Under the pieces are notes generated by a model. It was not told the DNA's origin. It saw only the letters and a list, made by a program, of their open reading frames with translations, and did not search any database. Both the position numbers and the translations under genes were made by a program. A DNA stretch of 20,722 bases from the NCBI GenBank assembly GCA_045046875.1, contig JASFYY010000001.1:1-20722 (forward strand). The letters are read 5' to 3'. Origin of the DNA: Verrucomicrobiota bacterium. Its GTDB lineage: Bacteria; Verrucomicrobiota; Verrucomicrobiia; Verrucomicrobiales; DEV007. Positions 15,329 through 20,722 of this stretch are shown here, piece by piece; position 1 is the stretch's first letter; each line of letters opens with the position of its first letter.

Positions 15329-18300
15329 CTAAACAAGTATTTTGCGGGCGGCAGAAAAGGTCAGAGCTCCTGTTATGGCTAGCAGTAAAAACAATACCAA
15401 AACACTCTGCCAGAGATTCAGGCTGGCTTGTGAGCCGAAGCGCAACTTGAGTTCGAGTGGGGCATTCTCGGCGACTTGCACGCTGCGGGTGAAGGTGTAA
15501 ACCGTGCCTTCTTCGGGCAGGGTGATGGTGATCGCTTGGGGGGCGGGCTCGGTGCTGCGCTGGTGTTGCACCAGCCGTGCGGCGATTTGCTGGAGCATGG
15601 CGTTGTCTTCGGGGGTGTTGCCCATCAGCAATTGACTGAGCTGTTGCGGGCGGAAGTTGAGTTGGCCTTGTTGCAAGATCTGATTCTGGTCGGCGGCGGT
15701 TTTGAGTTGTTGGTTGGCTGGCAGATCGAGGTCATTGCGGTTGTTGTCGAGGTAGAGGCGCTGACGGCGGGTGTTGAGTCCGACGATGGCCTGTTGCGTT
15801 TGCAGGTTTTCCAATTGCACCCGTGCGTCTTCGTTGGAGGCGGCGTCGAGCGCGTAGCGGTTAGCGACACTGTTCAAGGCCCAGCCGGCTTTTTTCTGCT
15901 GACCGGATTGAAGTAATTGGTTGGCTTGTTCCAGTAGTTGGGCGGCTTGTTGGGCTTTCGTTTCCCGCTTGCCTTTGGTGATGGAAAGGTAAGAGCTGCG
16001 ATCGTAGTTCTGGCGGTAGCTCTGTTGTTTGAGTTCGAGATTGCCGTGATTGTCGGTTAGTTGAAAACCTTTGGGGGCGATCACATTCCAGACAATGTTT
16101 TCCAAGGGCACATTCAGCAGCGGGCTGATGAGTTTGATCTTATTCAAACGCTCGCCGGGCACGGAATAAACAAAACGCACATTGGCGGTGCGATCGTCCG
16201 AGCCGGGCAGGATGTAGAATTGCCAGTGGTCGTCCTGACGCACAAAGTGAACGCTTTCTCCGTTAACAAATATACTGAACAGTTCTCCACCAGTCGGCAG
16301 TTTGACATTGAGGCTGCTGCGCTGGATGACGTCCATCGTCACATCCACGGCGGTGAGTTGATCGCCGGTGGGTGAGAGCACGGTGGTCAGCGAACCTGCT
16401 GCCACGCGCAGTTTGAGCGCGTCAGCCAGCGAATGGCGGGTGACGAGCAAGGCGAGCGAAGTGCTGGGCGCGACCGTGCGCAGGGACAGGGTGGGGGCAT
16501 TGTGATTGCCTGCGGCGCGCAGGGCCTGGGGAACGGTGTTCCAGTCAGCGCTTTGCCAGTTCTGGGGAAAGTTTTGTGCAGTGACTTCGAGCCGTCCTCC
16601 GGCACGCACGGCGAAATAATAAGCTAACTGACGTGCCTGGGGGAAGGATGCCGGGCTGAGGATCTCTTTGTTGTTCTCTCGATCCCCGCGGCGTTCGTAT
16701 TCGATTTGGAATTGGATCTTGCCGACCACCCGGCGTTTGAACTGAATTTCCCAGATGTTGGAATCGGGGGCACTACGGATCAGGTCACTGATGATCGCAC
16801 CGCTGGCGCGCAGGGTTTTGATTTCGTCTTCGCTGGAAATCGGGAGCGCGATTTGCAAGGTACGGATGGAGGCATTTTTGACGTTGAAGTTGGCGATCAG
16901 AGCGCTGCGGGTCTGCCCCTCACGCAGGGTGATTTCGTGCAGCAGCTGGCCAGTGATCCATGGGTCGAGTTTTTCGATGCCGAGAACCAGATTCCAGTCG
17001 CGTTGCAACAAACGGAAAGCCAGCGCACCCTGCGCTTTGCCGCCCATGGTGCGGGGATCGGTTTCAGAGATGTTCTGCCGGGATACGGTTCGCAAGCGAA
17101 TGCCGGTGGTGGGTTTGACCACCAGTTCGCCGGTTTGGCGTTTGGCTTCCTGCAGTTCAAAGTGTGGGATTTCCCAGTCACCGGCGTCACTGGGGGCGGC
17201 TCCGGTGAGGGTGAGGGCAAAATTCTGCGTGCCGATGGTTTTGCCATTGAGATGGAGAATGATGCGGCGTTGTTTGCCTTCACTGAGTTCTGCCCAGTGG
17301 TGTAGAGCTGCTCCGGTGAGCGACTCGACTTCGAGTCCGTCGGGCAGGGGGAAGCTCAGTTGGAATAACCCGGCGCGAGTGATTTCCACGGCGAAGTTGA
17401 CTCCGAGAACCACACGTTCGTCACCGAGTGAAAGCACTTGTTTGCTGGTGACACGAACTTCTGAATCAACGGCTGCGACCCGCAGCGTAAGTTCTCCGCC
17501 TTGTGCGCCATAACGATAAACACGATGCAGAACGGCTTGTTTGTCAGGCAAGAGGCTGGAGTCGAAGTCGCCGAGGTTGACCGCGGACAGGGTGTCGGAG
17601 CTGGATTTTTCCGGTTGCGCGTCCGGGCCAAAAGCAATGGCGACCAGGCCGAGTTCACCGTTGGCCGACAGGACTTTGAGTGGGGATAGGGTGAGGTCAG
17701 CAGGTAGGGGGTCCAGTCCGCGCTGGGTATGGATCATGATATCGAAGGCGGTGGATTGGGCGGGTTCGATTTCTAATTTTAACTGGCCGCTGTCGGCGTC
17801 GAATTGCCAGGAGCCGATCGGTCCACTCACTTCGCTAACGGTCAAGCCGCTGGGCACGAGCACTTGCAGATCGCTGACTTGCCCCTGGGCGGTGCGGACA
17901 TGGATGCGATGACGGCCATCCACCACACCGGGGCCGGGCAGGTAGAGATTGGAGGCTTCGACAAAAAACTGGGTATCCTCCATACTGACGTCGCGCGCTT
18001 TGGGAGTGAGGGTGAGACTCGCTTTTCCGGGTCCGAGCAGAACTTTGACCTGTGTGCTGCCTGCCGCCGCTTTCAGTGGCTCAATACGAACCGCGCTGGA
18101 GCTGACCACATCCCAACCCGCTTCATCGTAGGTGAGATGGATTTCCTGGACAGCGGCGTTGCCGGTCAGCACGGGGATTTCTTTATTTTTTTGCACCGCT
18201 TCGAGTTGGAACTCAAAGTTTGCCTGATATTTGATCACGGCACCTTCGGGTTTCTGATTATCATCGCCGATCTCACTGAAAGGATCGTCGGCAAAAGGAT

Positions 18301-20722
18301 TATCAGTATTGGTTTGTTTTTCAATATGCGGAATGCTGATGATGTAAGTCAGGCCGATTCCAGAAACTTGTCTTTTAGTCAGACGCAGTCCCTTGCCTTG
18401 AAATTGGGTGAGGGTGGCGGGGGCTCGCAGCAGCAGAAAGCGGTCGCCGGGGCGTCCGGACAGGGTGAGGGTTCCGCTGGCTTTGAGACGCTGGTCTTTG
18501 TGCTGAATGTCCCATTGCTGTTTGATCGAGTCAGCCGCTTTGAATTCCTCTGAGTTAGCCGTTTGGGCTGAACTGATCGTGGAGGAAAGCAGCAGGGTGG
18601 TGAGCGCGATCAATGCGGTGGCGGCGGTTCCCGCTTTGGATTTAGCTTGTCCTTGATCGCGGTCATTACGCCAATTGTTTATTTGCGGCACCAGCAGTAA
18701 AAAAAACAGGGCGATGGTGAGCAGGGCAAAAAACCAGGGAGCGCTGTCACCTTGCATCAGGGTTCCCAAGGCAATCAGCAGCATACCGCCGCCGCGGACT
18801 TCAGTTTTTTTTGTGATCAGGGAACTGACGATGCCCAAGCCGCCAAGCAGGAAGATGCCCCAGCCAAACCAAGAGATATTGACCCGCCACAGCGGCATGT
18901 TTTTCACCTGGATTTGAACCACTTCTTCTGCCGAGAGAATCGGCAGGCTGAGTTGGAGCGGGGCGGGCAATCCCGTCTGGCGATGCGCTACCAGAGCGGC
19001 GGAGAAAGCGGCAAAAATGGCGATGCCTATGGCTAAAAATCCAATCGCACGCAGCACACCTGATTTGCCGCTGGCGATGATTCCGATGGCGGTGAAAAAT
19101 GCGATCACCAGCAGGTTGCCGAGTCCTTTTTGTGCCAGCCAATGAAAACCGCTGGGACGTTGCACTGGTAAAGGTGGTTGCACGGTTCCCTTGCCAGGCA
19201 CAAGCACACGATTTTCATCGCCGCTGATCAACCATTCTGTTTTGAGCACAGGGGCGAAGACGATGGGTAAAGTCAGCAGGGGGTGGGAGGCGTCAACGGC
19301 CGCTTTGCCAAGACGCAGGCGCACTTCGACCGGGATGTTGGGATCGCTGCCGCCGGGCAGGGGGATCAGGGTGCTTCCGTCATCGGCCTTGCGTGCGGTG
19401 ACGGCTTTGCCTGCGACAGAGACTTCCCACAAGCGCACGGGAGCATCGGGTAGCTTGATTTTGAGTGTGCGCTGTCCTCGGGACTTCACATAATAGAGTA
19501 GTTGGGTGACTTGTTCGCCGTCCTTTGAGACGCGACTGCTGACTTCGGAAAATTCGACCACTTGCCCGACGGTGGTGCCTGGTGCGAACCAAGTGACGCG
19601 TAGATTGAGATCAAATGGGCGCTCGGTGTACTGCCAGGTTCCCAGCGGAGGAGCGGCGCTGAGCAGGCGGAACTCTGCCGGCAGTTCCAGAGGATCGAGT
19701 TTCAGTAAGTCGTCGGAAATGGACACCGTTTCTGTTTTCACCTGAGTCGGGCTGACGATTTGGATGTATCCGCGTTCGCCTTGCACTTCGAGTGGGGCGA
19801 CTTGTCCGACTTTGAAAGCTCCGCCTTCGTTTTGATCGGGTTTTTCCTCGAAGGTCACCAATAGGGTGTAGGGCCCCATCACCGCTTGATGCAGGGAAAC
19901 GATCAGGGTGTCTTCTTCCCTGCGCCAGGTGCGCACATCCCGTCCGTCCACCATTACATTGCCGAGGTGGCTGGGTAGGTTGATTTTCCATTCGGAAACC
20001 GGTGCGCCGGTGACGAAGTAGTTAAGCAAGGCGCTGGCGTAGATGGTGCGGTCGCTGAGTGAGTAGAGGTGGAAAACGTCGGCCTGCACACTGCGGTCGA
20101 GCACTTCGATTTTCATTGTGGCCGACCAGCCAGGTTCGCGAATGCGGAAGGACTGCTGGAGATTGGGGGTGGGTTTGGGAAAATAGGACAGGGGTTTTTC
20201 GACTAACAAATCGGTTTCGCCGACCGCAATGCGGAAACCGGGAGCGCCGACGATGCCGATGTTGCCACGCACGGTTTTGGCTCCGGGGTATTCGATGCGC
20301 GGCAGCACCCAGTCACCAGCGACGGCGGCGGCATTTTTCTCCAGCTGCAAATTGATCAGTTGTCGGCCCGCCACGTCATTGGCAAAAATGACTTTCAGAT
20401 TACGCCTGCCATCCTTGACCTCGGAAGCGGTGATGTAGTCGGCTACTCCGGCGCCGGTGACAGCGACGACTGAATAATCGGCAGGGATGCCGAAATCCCA
20501 TTCGCGGATCGGCGCTTCGCGGATGTCGAGTTCGACGTCGGCATTGATCACCCGGTCGGTTGCAGCGAGTTGGTAGAGCACCAGTTCGGAAATGTTGACT
20601 TCGGGTTGGATGCGATCGGCAATCACTTCGAATTGGTGATCAGCGGCGGGGAAACGGTAAACAAAAATCTGCCGGGCTTTGATCACTTTGCCGGGGAATT
20701 GTTCGGGGGAGAGTTGGGTCAG
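15329..20722 (-). CDS. Giant uncharacterised membrane-anchored repeat protein (5' end beyond the window)
   Basis: Frame stays open from 20686 to the window edge (LTQLSPEQFPGK precedes the track start); at least seven ~150-180-aa beta-rich modules, a central multi-TM block, a Gln-rich helical stretch and a C-terminal TM helix. Confidence 0.9.
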   Translation of the reverse strand: MTQLSPEQFPGKVIKARQIFVYRFPAADHQFEVIADRIQPEVNISELVLYQLAATDRVINADVELDIREAPIREWDFGIPADYSVVAVTGAGVADYITASEVKDGRRNLKVIFANDVAGRQLINLQLEKNAAAVAGDWVLPRIEYPGAKTVRGNIGIVGAPGFRIAVGETDLLVEKPLSYFPKPTPNLQQSFRIREPGWSATMKIEVLDRSVQADVFHLYSLSDRTIYASALLNYFVTGAPVSEWKINLPSHLGNVMVDGRDVRTWRREEDTLIVSLHQAVMGPYTLLVTFEEKPDQNEGGAFKVGQVAPLEVQGERGYIQIVSPTQVKTETVSISDDLLKLDPLELPAEFRLLSAAPPLGTWQYTERPFDLNLRVTWFAPGTTVGQVVEFSEVSSRVSKDGEQVTQLLYYVKSRGQRTLKIKLPDAPVRLWEVSVAGKAVTARKADDGSTLIPLPGGSDPNIPVEVRLRLGKAAVDASHPLLTLPIVFAPVLKTEWLISGDENRVLVPGKGTVQPPLPVQRPSGFHWLAQKGLGNLLVIAFFTAIGIIASGKSGVLRAIGFLAIGIAIFAAFSAALVAHRQTGLPAPLQLSLPILSAEEVVQIQVKNMPLWRVNISWFGWGIFLLGGLGIVSSLITKKTEVRGGGMLLIALGTLMQGDSAPWFFALLTIALFFLLLVPQINNWRNDRDQGQAKSKAGTAATALIALTTLLLSSTISSAQTANSEEFKAADSIKQQWDIQHKDQRLKASGTLTLSGRPGDRFLLLRAPATLTQFQGKGLRLTKRQVSGIGLTYIISIPHIEKQTNTDNPFADDPFSEIGDDNQKPEGAVIKYQANFEFQLEAVQKNKEIPVLTGNAAVQEIHLTYDEAGWDVVSSSAVRIEPLKAAAGSTQVKVLLGPGKASLTLTPKARDVSMEDTQFFVEASNLYLPGPGVVDGRHRIHVRTAQGQVSDLQVLVPSGLTVSEVSGPIGSWQFDADSGQLKLEIEPAQSTAFDIMIHTQRGLDPLPADLTLSPLKVLSANGELGLVAIAFGPDAQPEKSSSDTLSAVNLGDFDSSLLPDKQAVLHRVYRYGAQGGELTLRVAAVDSEVRVTSKQVLSLGDERVVLGVNFAVEITRAGLFQLSFPLPDGLEVESLTGAALHHWAELSEGKQRRIILHLNGKTIGTQNFALTLTGAAPSDAGDWEIPHFELQEAKRQTGELVVKPTTGIRLRTVSRQNISETDPRTMGGKAQGALAFRLLQRDWNLVLGIEKLDPWITGQLLHEITLREGQTRSALIANFNVKNASIRTLQIALPISSEDEIKTLRASGAIISDLIRSAPDSNIWEIQFKRRVVGKIQFQIEYERRGDRENNKEILSPASFPQARQLAYYFAVRAGGRLEVTAQNFPQNWQSADWNTVPQALRAAGNHNAPTLSLRTVAPSTSLALLVTRHSLADALKLRVAAGSLTTVLSPTGDQLTAVDVTMDVIQRSSLNVKLPTGGELFSIFVNGESVHFVRQDDHWQFYILPGSDDRTANVRFVYSVPGERLNKIKLISPLLNVPLENIVWNVIAPKGFQLTDNHGNLELKQQSYRQNYDRSSYLSITKGKRETKAQQAAQLLEQANQLLQSGQQKKAGWALNSVANRYALDAASNEDARVQLENLQTQQAIVGLNTRRQRLYLDNNRNDLDLPANQQLKTAADQNQILQQGQLNFRPQQLSQLLMGNTPEDNAMLQQIAARLVQHQRSTEPAPQAITITLPEEGTVYTFTRSVQVAENAPLELKLRFGSQASLNLWQSVLVLFLLLAITGALTFSAARKILV

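Noticed and set aside
15205..15450. 81-aa Cys-containing plus-strand ORF
   Set aside because: TTG start without SD, half overlaps the giant gene antisense, no motif.
15476..20438. Numerous 60-250-aa ORFs overlapping the giant gene
   Set aside because: Alternative-frame or antisense shadows with no family features.

Overview
Bacterial chromosomal window; the gene families suggest Verrucomicrobiota or another PVC lineage (inference). From left to right: a short ORF with a signal peptide; a RAYT-like Y1 HUH transposase bracketed by imperfect inverted GGGGTCA-type motifs; an intact comM/yifB; a minus-strand operon (membrane protein, Tat-lipoprotein DUF1800, DUF1501) behind an ECF-sigma-like promoter; a divergent six-gene sugar-modification cluster (SDR, atypical ROK kinase, SIS protein, FAD oxidoreductase, phosphotriesterase-family hydrolase, Tat-exported TIM-barrel epimerase); a secreted vWA protein with six ~85-aa beta repeats preceded by a (TTCCTGA)4 tract; an inverted pair of GTAG-tagged REPs; and the 3' part of a giant, internally duplicated membrane-anchored repeat protein that runs off the window. 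The best candidates for undescribed biology are the RAYT with a dispersed non-GTAG 'GGGGTC' repeat family, the orphan sugar pathway whose ROK kinase has an altered active site, and the giant repeat protein. No rRNA, tRNA or CRISPR array was seen. All family calls come from motif recognition, not database searches.
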